From assembly GCF_964204645.1 (NCBI RefSeq), contig NC_134028.1, forward strand, positions 2,604,001 through 2,668,000: a stretch of DNA of 64,000 nt, read 5' to 3'. Below the pieces are notes generated by a model. It was not told where the DNA came from, did not search any database, and saw only the letters and a list, made by a program, of their open reading frames with translations. This document shows, piece after piece, positions 11,600-26,100 of the stretch. Position 1 is the first letter of the stretch, and the number at the start of each line of letters is the position of its first letter. The position numbers and the translations under genes are program-made. The stretch is from Tubulanus polymorphus. Its lineage: Eukaryota; Animalia; Nemertea.

Positions 11600-14500
11600 C
11601 TAGAAATGATAGCCTTCGTAAAGTTGTATGATCGGCGGACTTCTGGTACGTTCTCGGAATATCTTCTCAACTTCTGCCAGACTGATCGGGTTCTCGGGCA
11701 TCACATGAGGTTCGAAGTTGCTAAAAGTTGACTTGGCAGGTTTCTTAACGATCTCAGTTTCAATCTCGTCCGGTTGTGATGACCCGCTTGATGGGTTTTC
11801 AATTTGAATATCAGGGTTCGTTTCATTATTCGTGGTCTGCGGGGATCGATCTTGCGGTTTCTTCATTATAATGTTGCTTTTCATGTTTTGCACCGCTTTC
11901 GCGATGCCATTCTTTGCTGTTTTCAAAATGCTCTGTTGAGGACGTTGATCACTGTCGACGAGCCAATACGTCGTTAGTTCACCTTTACCCTTTGAAAACA
12001 TAAGGAATACAATCATTTCACATGTCATCATAGTGAACCAGGGGCCGGTTTTATAGATTGGTATTAACATTAACCCGGGGGCTAACTTAATACATTTTCA
12101 ATAGAGGTAACCCCCGGGTTAAAGATAATACCAGTCTACAAAACTGAACCCAGGTATTTATCAGAAATTTCGTAAATTCGTAGATAATTTATACTCATTT
12201 ATTCTCTGTGTATACCTTGATCATGACTTTGCCACGGGTCTGAATACTGAAGTCTGGAAATTTATGCAGCAAACGTGTTGTACTGGCGCTTATGTGAATC
12301 CGATTGGCTGCAAATACAAATTTAATCTTGAACAGAATCTCCGTGTCACCGGCGAAGAAAATGGGTATATGGTAGAGGTCTCAACTCACGTAATCCATGG
12401 GATTCCATTCTAGATGCGGTGTTCACAGTGTCCCCAAACAAGCAATATCGCGGCAATGATGTGCCAACCACACCAGCTACGCAAGGACCTATATAGATAA
12501 TAGTATGCAAGTAAAAACAGATTTGAAATCATGGCTGAATTCATGAGATTGACAAAGATTTCGATAGTTTTTACCAGTGTGTATCCCGATCCGGAGGCTT
12601 ATTCTGCCGCATTCGAAGTTTTTCTCAGTGACCACTTTTAACACGTCGAGTGCCATTCGTGCTATCTCTGCAACGTGTCTGTTACCATTCCTTTGAGGTA
12701 AACCTGAAATAAACCAAGTGTTACAGGTATCAACATCCATCTTTAAGGATCCACGATGATTACTACCACATTACCTGATGCCACCATATACGTATCTCCA
12801 ACTGTCTCGACTTTGTAAACGTCGTACAGATCAATCCTACTATCCAATAACGTGTAAAGACTACCCAACAATCCGACGATGTTTATGGGCAACATTTTAG
12901 CCGTTATTTTGTTAAAACCGACGATTCCGGAAAAGAATAATGTCGCTTCTTTGTAATATTCGGCGTTGACGTCTTTTTGATATTTCAATTGCTCCGCCAC
13001 CGTCTTTGGTAACATTTGATACAGCAACGAATCTGTTCTTCTCTTCTCGCGATTCAATTCTTTCGTTTTATCGGCCAAAGTCAACGCGTATCGCTGCATG
13101 TCGTTCGTAACTCTAACCACCAGTTTTGTCTCGATCGGGCTCATAGCTAAAGCTATTATCATCATTATACAATTTAGAGCTAAAGAATTATCGGTCTCGG
13201 CAATTCTGTTGTCGATGGCCTCTGCGATTACATCAGCTAGTCGCATCTGCATACTGAGTAAGGCATTGATATATTGGGTCATGTTATCGAACCAGTCGGC
13301 TGCGGTTGTTTGGGATGCACCAGTCGTGTTGCGATTTTTGATCATATCTCGATATTTATCAATCGTTGTTTCGATGTCGACTCCTGACGCGTTAGTAATG
13401 GCGTTGGAAACTGCGGTGACGATACTGGAATAATTTTGAGCTCCTCGGAAAAATGTCCAGTAATTGTGATATCGATTCATGTAGAAGGTAAAATTATCGG
13501 TGTCCGGGAATCCATTCATAGCGAAGAATATCGTACCCATCGCTCTTTCGGCGCCGCATTCGTCTTTACTGGCGAGAATCTTCTGGTAGGCCACCATAGG
13601 TCTCCATAGCAAACCGCTACCGGTAGCTTTGATGGCATCGTACAACCATTTCACCAGAACTGATTGAATTTCTGAGTAGAATAGAATTTCTTCAGTAATC
13701 GTTTGAGAGGAATTCAAATCTTTTCTGCTGACGTCGTTGCGATGTTTTGCCAAATGGGCGATGAAGGAGTATTTGTTCTTGAATTCGGGTCGAGCGATGA
13801 GATCTGGGTTTTCAGGCCAGTTTGGTATAGTCGCTACCTACAGGCAAAGCGGATTCAATCAACAAAATATGTTAATCGAAATTTGTCAAAATTTTACCAA
13901 TTCAGAACTTTCCTATGAAACATTTCAATTGACTACGCATCAGAAATGCTATCAAATATACGGAAGCGATAAAGGGCCTCGAGTTGTCGCGTTCAAACTC
14001 GACAAGTCGCCATATCTATGTCGATATATCGCGATATATCGCGTCAAGTCGACATGAATATGTCGACATATCGTGACGTTTTCACGACAAATTTCGCTTT
14101 TTTGCCCATTTTCCACAGGACAAGCCGTCGTTTGAAGACATGTCTAAATGTAAGATGAGGACACCAGTGATATGACGACTGAGTTTCAAGTCGTCATGAA
14201 TATGTCGACTTGTCGCGAGCAAAATGGTTGTGAAAACGAAATATGTCGTCAAAACGTCACGATATGTCGGCATATTCATGTCGACTAGACGCAATATATC
14301 GCGATATGTCGATATAAATATGGCGACTTGTCGAGTTGGAACGCGACAACTCGAGGCCCTTTATCGCTTCCGTACAAATATACCTGCGCATCGGTGCTAT
14401 CCCACAACGCGTGAAGGAATTGGTTAGTATTTGGTCCGATCGAGCTCAGATAGAAAGCCGACATGTCCCGTTCTCTCTGTAACTCGTGAAGTAACGTTCC

Positions 14501-14944
14501 GATCTGGATTGAAAACTCAACCGTATTCTTCGCCTTTATAAATCAGAGGAAAATGTTACGGTATAGTTTACAACTTTCAATAGAAAGGACGGCAATGAAA
14601 TGAGAACTTACTGAGGCCAAACTAATGCGTTCTTCGATACTGAGAGCCAACGAGTAAATTATTATACAAACCAGCGCAACTATCGGTACTAATGTAATGG
14701 TTAACATTTTCATCAACTGTTTACGTTTACCATTTTCGGTCAGTGGTTCACCTTTACAAAAACCTTTGAAATAAAATGCCAATATCTCTATAAATACAGG
14801 CTGCGAACTACAATAACACATTCTTTAAATATCCTTTGGAATATTTTTTTACTCACCAATTTGTCCCTTTTGTTGCATCACCAAATCTCGAAGTATGAAC
14901 TCCAATTGGGCGGCGCTGCTCAGCGAACCCGTTCCGCTAATCAT
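11600..14944 (-). CDS. NIT (nitrate/nitrite-sensing)-domain membrane guanylyl cyclase; exons 14944-14857, 14763-14612, 14533-14384, 13837-12775, 12703-12575, 12488-12390, 12307-12216, 11989-11600
   Basis: TM1, NIT motifs [27 protein letters not shown] and WFDNMT, TM2, coiled coil [14 protein letters not shown], cyclase motifs [40 protein letters not shown] and [11 protein letters not shown]. No kinase-homology domain. Confidence 0.9.
12042..12150. mobile_element. ~110-bp MITE, CAG TSD (Harbinger/PIF-like), in last NIT-GC intron
   Basis: ~27-bp imperfect TIRs (gggccggttttatagattggtattaac / gataataccagtctacaaaactgaacc) with cag on both sides. Closely similar copy in opposite orientation at 63020-63129. 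Confidence 0.8.
13961..14372. mobile_element. 412-bp long-TIR MITE with TA TSD in a NIT-GC intron
   Basis: Arms cggaagcgataaagggcctcgagttgtcgcgttc... / ...gaacgcgacaactcgaggccctttatcgcttccg, with complementarity over ~120 bp. TA at 13959-60 and 14373-74. Confidence 0.9.
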
Positions 14945-16191
14945 TTTGATTTCTTTTCACTCGACCCAGGAAATCACTAACAAGGAGTAACGGAAAACAA
15001 AATTCCATATAAAGGATTTTTCCGTTTTAATTTGTATAGCCTTTACATCGGATATTGAAAGATTATACAATCTAATTGCTAAACGATGTGCAGATCTAAA
15101 GGTATTTTCCTTTCAATTTTATCATAATATGGTGAAAATTTACATTGAAATTGCATAGAAAGAAACTTACGGAATTGAGATTATCACAACCGTGCCACCA
15201 GAGAATACCAGACAACTGTGATAGAAATCTCGTCTAACTATGGTTCTGTAATTAAGTTAGATAATTATGAAGTAAACCCGAGTCTACTCGGAAATGAACG
15301 CTGGGTATGTAATGTCACTCATTCAGACGGCCCACTGATTTTTAATTAGTTACATATCTATGTACATGTGACGTATATGATTTTATTTAATAATTGAAGT
15401 GTGATATTTTCGACCAATCTTGTGTCAGTAGATTTAAATTTCTATTTCATGTAAAACGAAGCCTTCGGTCTACGAAGTAGAATAAAAATTCTCGAAATAT
15501 ATATCAGCTCAGTTTAGTTCGTTTTTTAGCCATATTTGATGTTTCAGCTTGAATTGGTCACAAATCTGTGTCCTCTTGTGCTAAAGAATTTTTGAAAAGG
15601 AATAGTCCTGACAAACGAGAAGTATATATCACTTCATCTTAGAAATCCTCCATAGCAATAGACTATTTGATAAAGAAAACAAAATGGATTTCGATTAAGT
15701 TTATTTCTGTATACTAGTATAAGAAATACATATATTTTCGCAATCATTTATATAATCTATCATAAACCATTGGAAAGAAATGTTTCTTGTACAAATTCAT
15801 ACGTATGACATGTGACCCAACTTAAACTCTCTCACTCAGCTATATATGATAGAAACTATGTACTTGGCCAGGAAAAAATAAACCAAGGCTAAAAGATCTG
15901 ATAGCTTGTTGCTCATTACTGCTTAGGTTAAAAGTTGACCCGGCCGGCCGCCTATCTACCCTGTATATTACTTTTTATAAAATCGTGATCAATTTTACCA
16001 TAAGCAAACCAGGTAGCTATAGAAATAAACTGATTACAAATTTGATTGCGTTTTACAAAATGACCCGGCCGATTGGAAGAAATAAGGTATCATGTTTGTT
16101 TACCCTAATAACCCTCAAATGATCCACGTATAAATACAGATCTTTTAAACGGATTGTCTGATGAAACTGTACAGAATAAACGTAGTTTTTA

Positions 16192-19053
16192 TTATGTGGA
16201 CGATGATAGTGTTGGCGACGAGCATTCGATCATGACCTTGACCGCGCCGCTTGCGCGATCGCAAAAAGTTTCGAAAGCGGCCAAAGTTTGTTCGAGGGTG
16301 AATCGATGAGTTATCAAAACACTGGCGTCAATGGCACCAGATGCCATCATTTTTAGTGCCGTCGGATAACTGCAAAATATAACAACGAAAGTGTAATGAT
16401 AGCAGCTTCAATTAGTTATATTCTAAATTGTTAGGTCGATCACGTGGTAAACTTACGTGTTAACGTAACGATGCATCCCGCGTATGTCAACCTCCCTGAT
16501 AGCCGCGTTAACTATAGGAAACATTACCTCCTGTTTGCCTATACCCACTAATTGCAGAACTCCGCAAGGACGAGTAGCCTGAAAATGTATACATTGAAGT
16601 GAATTATCGAAGTATTTGCAGCGATTATACTAATGTTCGCACAGGATTTTATAGATGATCTCTAACTTAATCACGCATTTACAAAACTCGTTATATCAGA
16701 TGTAGATTCGTTTGGGTTGCTGCGAATTGTCCATGTTCGGCTTGAAAAACTTACGTAAACGCCAAGTCTAATGCTCGACTCAGCTCCGCTACATTCGATA
16801 GTAATATCGGCCATTTCTCCGCCGAATGTTGCGACAATCGTCTCAACGAGTTCAGGAATTTGTTGTTTTTCAATCAACAGCGTGTGATCGGCTCCGACTT
16901 TCTTCGCAAAATTCAGCCGTTCAGCGTCGATATCTGCAATTGTTTGTTTTTTTGTAAAAGTAGAATTCTGATTAGTTTTTGCCTATTTGAATTTGAACTA
17001 AACGAACTTATCTGTGGTTTAAATAGCGGTCAAATAGATCAATTAAATTTCGAATTTATCAATGGAAACTCTATGCGATGTACCTGTGATAAGGATTTCA
17101 GACGCGCCCATTGATTTCGCAACCAACATGCATATTATTCCAATAGGTCCTAGAAAAGGAAATGTTCGCCGGTTCTATATTAAAATAATACTTTATTTGA
17201 AAAACTTTTCCAGTACTCTTGACTTTCAATGTATTCTGTACCTGCACCAAGAACTAAGACTTTATCACCGAGTGAAACACCAGCGCGTCTACAGGCGTGT
17301 ATACCACACGACAACGGTTCAGCTAAAGCTCCATCTTCGAATGTTAATTTATCCGGAATCCTAAAAAAAAAACAGAAAACTTATTCATCAAATTGATAAA
17401 AATCCCAATAATGTCGTTTCGAAAAATATCAAGTTCATTTAAATAACTGAAACGATTCGTGATTGTTTAAAGCCAAGAAAACGTACGTGTAGGGGACTGA
17501 TTTGATGAAATTAAATAATTCTTACTTGTGGCATAAATCAGCCGCGTGGACGAAATATCTACACAGGGAGCCGTCGGTTGGCGGTGTGGCCAACCCCTTC
17601 ACGTCCAGACACATGTTATACCGACCACTTTTACAGTAAAAACACAAACGGCACGGTGTAGCAGGTTCTATCGCAACTCGATCACCTAGAAATATCCATT
17701 TATAGATGGAATTTATCAGAAGATGAACGTTGATTAGAATCAATTCCGTATATGATTTTGTAGGACAATCGCACGGGAAAGTCAAACTTATTGATGGGAC
17801 GCGGTATGCATCATGCTTACCAATTTTCAAATGGGAGACACCATTACCTATACTGGTAACAGTACCGCTTGATTCGTGACCAATAACTAGAGGATCGGTC
17901 AGTACAAATTCTCCGTGTTTACCGTCCGACCAGTAGTGTACATCAGAACCACATATCCCAACTTTATTTATAGCTATTTGTACTTCTGGAAAGTAATGGG
18001 AAGAAAATTCATATATTTTGACGACCTCGCAAATTTTCCGCCTTTTATCTTCATCGGTGCAAGTCACCCATTTGCGGGTTGAAATTCGATGGTCGGTTTT
18101 TAAAAATCACATGTATTTCAACTACAGGATTTTATATTCATTCCCAAATCGCTGATACATAAATCTTATCGGAATGGTATTAGGATCAAATCAGCCAAAA
18201 TGCACTGTCGCCAATGTACCGGTACTAATACTTTTTCCAAAGAGTCACTAACAATCCATTATCGTAGATATTCATTCATCCATACAACTTACCATTATTT
18301 CCTGGTTGTGGAACACTACGATTTTCCTGTAAGACCATAAACAATGATTAAGAAACGAAATAGACTATTTCTCAGAAAAAGTAATTATGAAAAAGTCATT
18401 GAAGTCAGAGAGTGCATTATTCTTGTTTTGAGCAGTGTAATGGTAACACATAACATTGTATACCCAGTGAAACCCGTGATGCGACCGGTACCAACGGGAA
18501 ACGTAAGTAAAATAGATAAGATTATACAGAACTTATATCGACGCTCTGGCGCTATGATGAACATGTGCTTTGCACGGACGGCACAATGTTTTTTTTTGGA
18601 TAGAAAAACCTGTACCTGTATTAACAATGGCACGTACAGATCCTTAGAGGTAGTTCAATTGCTCTATAAAAACATCGCGCACAACACAACTCAACGTATG
18701 TGCGTAATATGGTATTACGTATTCAAGAACTGTTAATATATATATAGGCTATTTCTAAATATGAAACCGTTATTTAAATCGTGTCTATCAAATCAATACC
18801 AATACCGAACAGATGGCAGCAAATATAATGGGGAAAAAAGTTGATATATATGATTATACAGAATTATCCTTTCCTGTACTAATTGTATGGTGGAGAACAC
18901 AAATTTACCGTGGATTTTCCAGGCAATTAACCTGAGTGGATAAGCGGCGTCGACAATATATTGTTTCTGGTGTGAAGTCGAGTAACTTACCAATCGAAGA
19001 TCCCGCTTTGCATAAAGAACTACAGATAGATTATTGTCAGCGTCAGGCTTCAT
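16192..19053 (-). CDS. SORD: Sorbitol dehydrogenase (Zn-dependent medium-chain dehydrogenase), multi-exon
   Basis: [86 protein letters not shown] junctions. Confidence 0.92.
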
Positions 19054-19652
19054 AGCGGCAACAACGTCTCTACGTGGATCGGTGTCCTGTGAATGACTGA
19101 ATGAAGGCTGGCCCGTGAGCGGCCTACCAAACTAAATAAGTCCCGCACTTCAACAATTATTTACCATCGCACCAGCTGTTGCTATGGTCTTTCACGAACA
19201 TCTCTGTGTCATTATTGATACAATAATATTTACAAGCTTCTAATCGGGAAGATAAGCGGCCGGGCTCTATTGGGAAAAGCCATGAGTCAATTTTGGTGGC
19301 TGGGCCAGTAAATAGAAGAAAAGTTAACTTGTCTCTTGGTATGGGCGTGGGCTAATCAAGTCATATCTTGGACAAATCAAGAAACCCTGGGCTGTGATTG
19401 TTTGCATTCTGGTGGGATTCGAATCTAACCACGAACATATAGACTGGGTGCCGCACTCACAGATCGATAACCAGTCTACCGGTGACGCCATCAATGAAAC
19501 CTTCTACGTCATCATATTCTACATCACCGTGGTCGTCCAATATGACGTCATTTCTGATAGGTTTGGAGCGATCTCAAGGTCGTAGACTACAAAGTGAAAT
19601 ACTTCCGGGTTTTTAATTTTTTGTACACTCTTTGCTAGAAAACTTACCCAAA

Positions 19653-21263
<1,611 letters not shown>

Positions 21264-22303
21264 AATAAGCCGTGTAGATTTTAGTTAAGTTTGAGAGTAT
21301 AAGGTTTCCATTTTCTTGCAATTCAATATGTTGACATCATGTAGTTTGCTTTAGACGATTGTAGTGTATTTGTTATTTACTGCCTGTTTATATATGAACA
21401 GTATTGTGAACATACAATATGTACAGCAGAATGAAACTAGTAGTGTGTCATTGTCTAATGCATGTTCAGAACCAGATGCTGCTCACTCACATTCCTCTCT
21501 ATTATTAACAGAATCAAACCTAAAATATTCTATGAAGAGCTAAATTTAGAATATTTTGATAATTTTGAAAATATATGCAGTTCTTTTGCGTATTTCTGAA
21601 TATTAAGAGTTAGATACATGTTGTTGTTGTTTATATGAAATAGAAATGATTGATTGCTATGAAATTTTTACAGGAAAGCCTGTAATTTAAAATGAAATTA
21701 TCTTATAAATAATATTTTAAGACAAGTTCATGCTTCCTATTTTCAGTATTGTTATAGATCTTTGATATAATCTCGCAATAAAAATATGAATTTTCTTCAC
21801 ATAGCATCTGTTTTTGTGTTCAGCTTTCTTATGATCTACTAGAATCGTGGAAAATAACTTCAACTACCAACTAAAACACATTTCTAAAGTCAATGAAATT
21901 TTTTAATTCATATTAGAAAATTACTTATATAAACTCTATAATCGTTTTTAGGTAAAAAAAAAAACAATTTCATAAATCTGATCACAAGAGCAAAATATAC
22001 AGTAGCACCATTAAAAATAACAACCGTATGATGGAAGTGATTTTCAATTATCTGATTGAGGAATATGTCTAGGAAAATACTTTGAAGAAACATCACAATT
22101 CATGGATATACAGGTCCCTAGATAGTCTATATGTTTTAAAACACAAACATTCTCTGAAAAATGATTTCAATTCAGGGCCTATCGGTTATGAAGGGTACAT
22201 AGAAGTTGTTAAAGCAGTGAGATGAGATTTACACATGAGCAAGCGTTTTAATGACCATATAGACGTTATATTACATAGAATTACAAATCAAGAATGTTTT
22301 TAG

Positions 22304-22543
22304 ACCCCAGTGAAGTTCATTACTTGTTCCTTATTCCTTATTCCGTTACTTATTCAGAATTCAACTCCCAATAAGGAACAAGTAACATGTTACTTGTTCC
22401 TTATTCAGATTTTCTTGTTACTTATTCAGAATTCATCTCCCAATAAGGAACAAGTAACATGTTACTTGTTCCTTATTGGGAGATGAATTCTGAATAAGTA
22501 ACGGAATAAGTAATAAGGAACAAGTAATGAACTTCACTGGGGT
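22304..22543. mobile_element. 240-bp foldback/Mutator-like palindromic element with 9-bp TSD TGTTTTTAG, downstream of the TMEM104 stop
   Basis: TIR accccagtgaagttcattacttgttccttatt / aataaggaacaagtaatgaacttcactggggt. TGTTTTTAG at 22295-22303 and 22544-22552. Internal repeated palindromic units. Confidence 0.9.
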
Positions 22544-22676
22544 TGTTTTTAGTTATTATTCAGATGAATATTGCAAGAATATCCCATCAATATTGAAACT
22601 TAAGCTAAGGATAGTCTCAACTGGAGCAAACGCACTGTTTCACTAGCTAGAGGCCACAACTGGAAGATACTGACAC

Positions 22677-25600
22677 TCATTTACCTGTCATAATATGATT
22701 AACAGTGACTAGAATTATAGCTACAGCAGCCCACGCGATTACTAACAGAATCCAAATATTGTGTTTAAATAAAGAACGATGTTTATTTCGAATGGAATGA
22801 CTGAATAAATTATGTGTATCTTTACGGGCGTAGAATACTAGTAATGCCGGAATAACATATTGTATACCAGCTCCGGCATAGGATCCGGTTATACCGACCA
22901 GATTACCGAGGTCAGATGTCGCCAGGGCAATACCTATCGGTGGTACGAGAGCCAACAACGGGAAAACTACGCGATCGACAATAAACGGATACGAACGGTC
23001 CTCGCGGTAGCCGATCGCTTTCAGATTATTTCGTAACGTGATGGCGATTATTGGGAAATTCGTGCTCAACGTGAACACAGGGAACAGAATGAGAAAATAC
23101 TCGATGAACACAAGATTAGTTATCGCATCCTCCGACGTACCGCATTTATTCGGACTGAAATTCAAAGTGTAAAGATCGTTGACATCTTTGAACGCGTAGA
23201 TACCAGTGAATGACAGCAGACAATAGAAACCACCGATCAGCAGGAAATCGCCGAGGAATAAATTCGTCAGTTTCGACTTGTTGGCGATCGGCGTAACGAG
23301 CGACGGCAGAGAATGATGACACATAAACGAGTAGACGCACACGCCAAACAGATTCGGAACTCCGCCGAAATCTACAATAGGCGGGTGACCTTGACCTTTG
23401 CCTTTTGCCAAACGGATTACGGCGAGCACGATCATAATGATGAATGCTGAATAAGGAAAGAGTAATTGAGGATATATCACTTTCATGAAAGCCTCGATCG
23501 GCAATAGCTTATCAAAATACCAAACTGTTTACCTGCCCATCTCATAACTGTGGTAAATATCTGTAGGTACTTTGTTTTCTGGACATTTGAGAAGACGAAT
23601 GGTCCGACCAATAAACAGAAAGCTGCCTGCAAAAACAAAACAATACGGGCTTCCTTACTGCAACTAAATCAATGCTAGAATGCAATGAGAAAATTGAATT
23701 GAAAGACTTACCACAAATACTCTGTAGATATTGCCTCTATCTATCTGTACAGAAGGCCAACATGGATCGTCCATAGTTAAAGACACGTTACAACCTGTAC
23801 CATTTACAACACCAGTGTAAGTACTGAAATCAAGAAAAGCGCCTTTTAATTGCATTATGACCATTGTTTTTAGCAGTTAATATAATTTATAATTCATACC
23901 AAGCTGCATCCATGACTGATTTCGGTACAGCTGCTGCGTAAATAGCCAAATCTCCATACAGATAGATGATTATACACAAATAAAACAAGTTCAAACCAAC
24001 TGAAAACATAAGTTTTTTTCATCACTCAATCAACAAACATCACGTGATAAAATGATAGAGCAAATAGCAAAATATATACATACTTTTATTGAAGAATAAA
24101 GCAGCCATTTGTCCCTGAAAAGACAGTGAATATATTTATTGCTATTCATCTTCACAAAGGCTTAAAAATACGATCACATACAATATTGAATACTCACCAT
24201 TTCAACGCGCTCCGATATATCAAACAGGTCCATTTTATGAATATCTGTTGAATGATTACCTGAAAATAATTTGAAACAATAATGTTGAATGAATATCAAG
24301 TGATCCGCGATACTTCATCACACTGCCTTAAATTAAACTAAGATATGATCAAATCAATCAACACAGATTTACCGGTATGCAAAGAAATTGTTTCACAAAT
24401 GAATTATTCATTAACATATAAATTTATTCTTTATCATGATTAGATTTGATGAGCTCTAATAACAAGTGATTGATTGATTAGTTAAAAGTTATGTGATCTA
24501 CAAGTAAGTCTAGTTCTATTCAAATTATCTTCCCTGCTACATTGCTTACAAATTAGGGAGCAGTCATTGAATTCTCTCAATTATCCTGGATAACGGGTAT
24601 GTTAGAATATTAGTATAGATAAATTACCATGATAAGATCGTGTATATTGAACACTACCATATAATAAAGGTCGTTCATCATTATCTTCTTCACTAGAATC
24701 ATCCTGTAATTATATCCGAATCATTGACTAAACGCTAGTGCTTTCATTTATTACCAGAAGACATTGCAGCCTGGGCCATAACATAGCATTCAGACATTTC
24801 ATCTCCATTCTTCAAATTATTGATCATCCAGAATCAACATGGACTTTCAACAGGCATCCAAATTACAGGCATTTTGCGATTGAATATGAATTAACAAATA
24901 TTGACGAAAAATACCATACATGTAATTTCATCAAGAGACTTTCATAAGGTAATTGTCCAAACTTCGCAAACAAATTGTTGAATGTTTGAGGGGCAGTTTT
25001 AGGTGGCAGATTGATATTGGAATAAATGTAGAAAGGTTAGGAAAAAAAGATATGCTTAAAACTTCCGAAGCAAAAAATCACACGTCAATAACATATTCCT
25101 TTAATTTACATTACATTTTCCAAGTTTGAAAATTGAATTTGGATAGTAATTGTTGCAGGAAGCGGGATAGATTTGGAATTATGTATGCAGTGTGTAGGCT
25201 AAAACTTATGTACCGGAGTTAGGATTGTTTAGAAGTGGCCTAGTTTCCAATTCCTCCTGACTATCATCCGAGTCAGAATTACAGTTACCAGGATATACCT
25301 GTTCATTGATGGCTGATATCTAAAACATAATTCACAATATAACTCGATGGTCATTCTTCGTTAATCACAAAAAGAAACTACAAAACGATTAACAGAACAA
25401 AATGCTCACCGATGTCCTTCTCTGAATACGTCTGGCCTTTAAAATCGCATTAGCAGCTGCCATACTTTCTATCACAAATGTCACCGTCAAAAAACTGAAA
25501 TATTTCGAGATATCTATGCAATAATTCCAAGAGAGACGAATTACTCCATAATAAAAAACATATATAGACGTAACACGAACCTGGTAAAGCCTAGAACCAA

Positions 25601-26100
25601 AACTAGAATAAGACTCAACAACCAGCCGGCATTGTGAAAAGCACTGGGCATAGTAAGAGCTCCAGTTCCAACGATCAGGTTGAATATGAAAACCAACCCA
25701 ACCTGGAAGTAGAAAAACAATGAAACGAATAAAATACCGTCAATTATCGCTCGCATACGTTCGTAGGATGGACTTGATTTTTCCAAGTAGTTTCTATCGT
25801 GATAAGCTTAGATCTTTCATAATGATGAATTCCAATCCATAAGGATTTACAACTTAACAAGGCCAAGGGGTCAACATACAGATTCCACTAATTCCAGTGG
25901 ACAGTGGTAGTGTTAGTCTGAATACCAGTCGTTGTTACGGTTCCCTCCTGTTTCAGGAACAACGGCTAGACTATGGTATAATCAGTCAGTGGCACTCGAC
26001 GACGTAGATTGTACTTGAATTAAGACAGTCTTCCAATCCATTGAATGAAACCTACCGAAGATGAATATGAAGCTCCAACCTCTGTTATATCCCCTGCCAT
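22677..26100 (-). CDS. TMEM104: Transmembrane protein 104 (amino-acid transporter-like), multi-exon
   Basis: MAGDITEVGASYSS|VGLVFIFNLIVGTGALTMP, FDISERVEMGQMAALFF, IYLYGDLAIY, NVQKTKYLQ, GVCVYSFMCHHSLPSL, FPVFTLSTNFPIIAITL, TGSYAGAGIQY. Confidence 0.93.

Noticed and set aside
14082-14427. Short ORFs on both strands
   Set aside because: Artefacts of the palindromic MITE; no transposase motifs.
22304-22543. CRISPR-like appearance of repeated palindromes
   Set aside because: Eukaryotic context, no unique spacers, no cas genes; TIR plus 9-bp TSD identifies a transposon.
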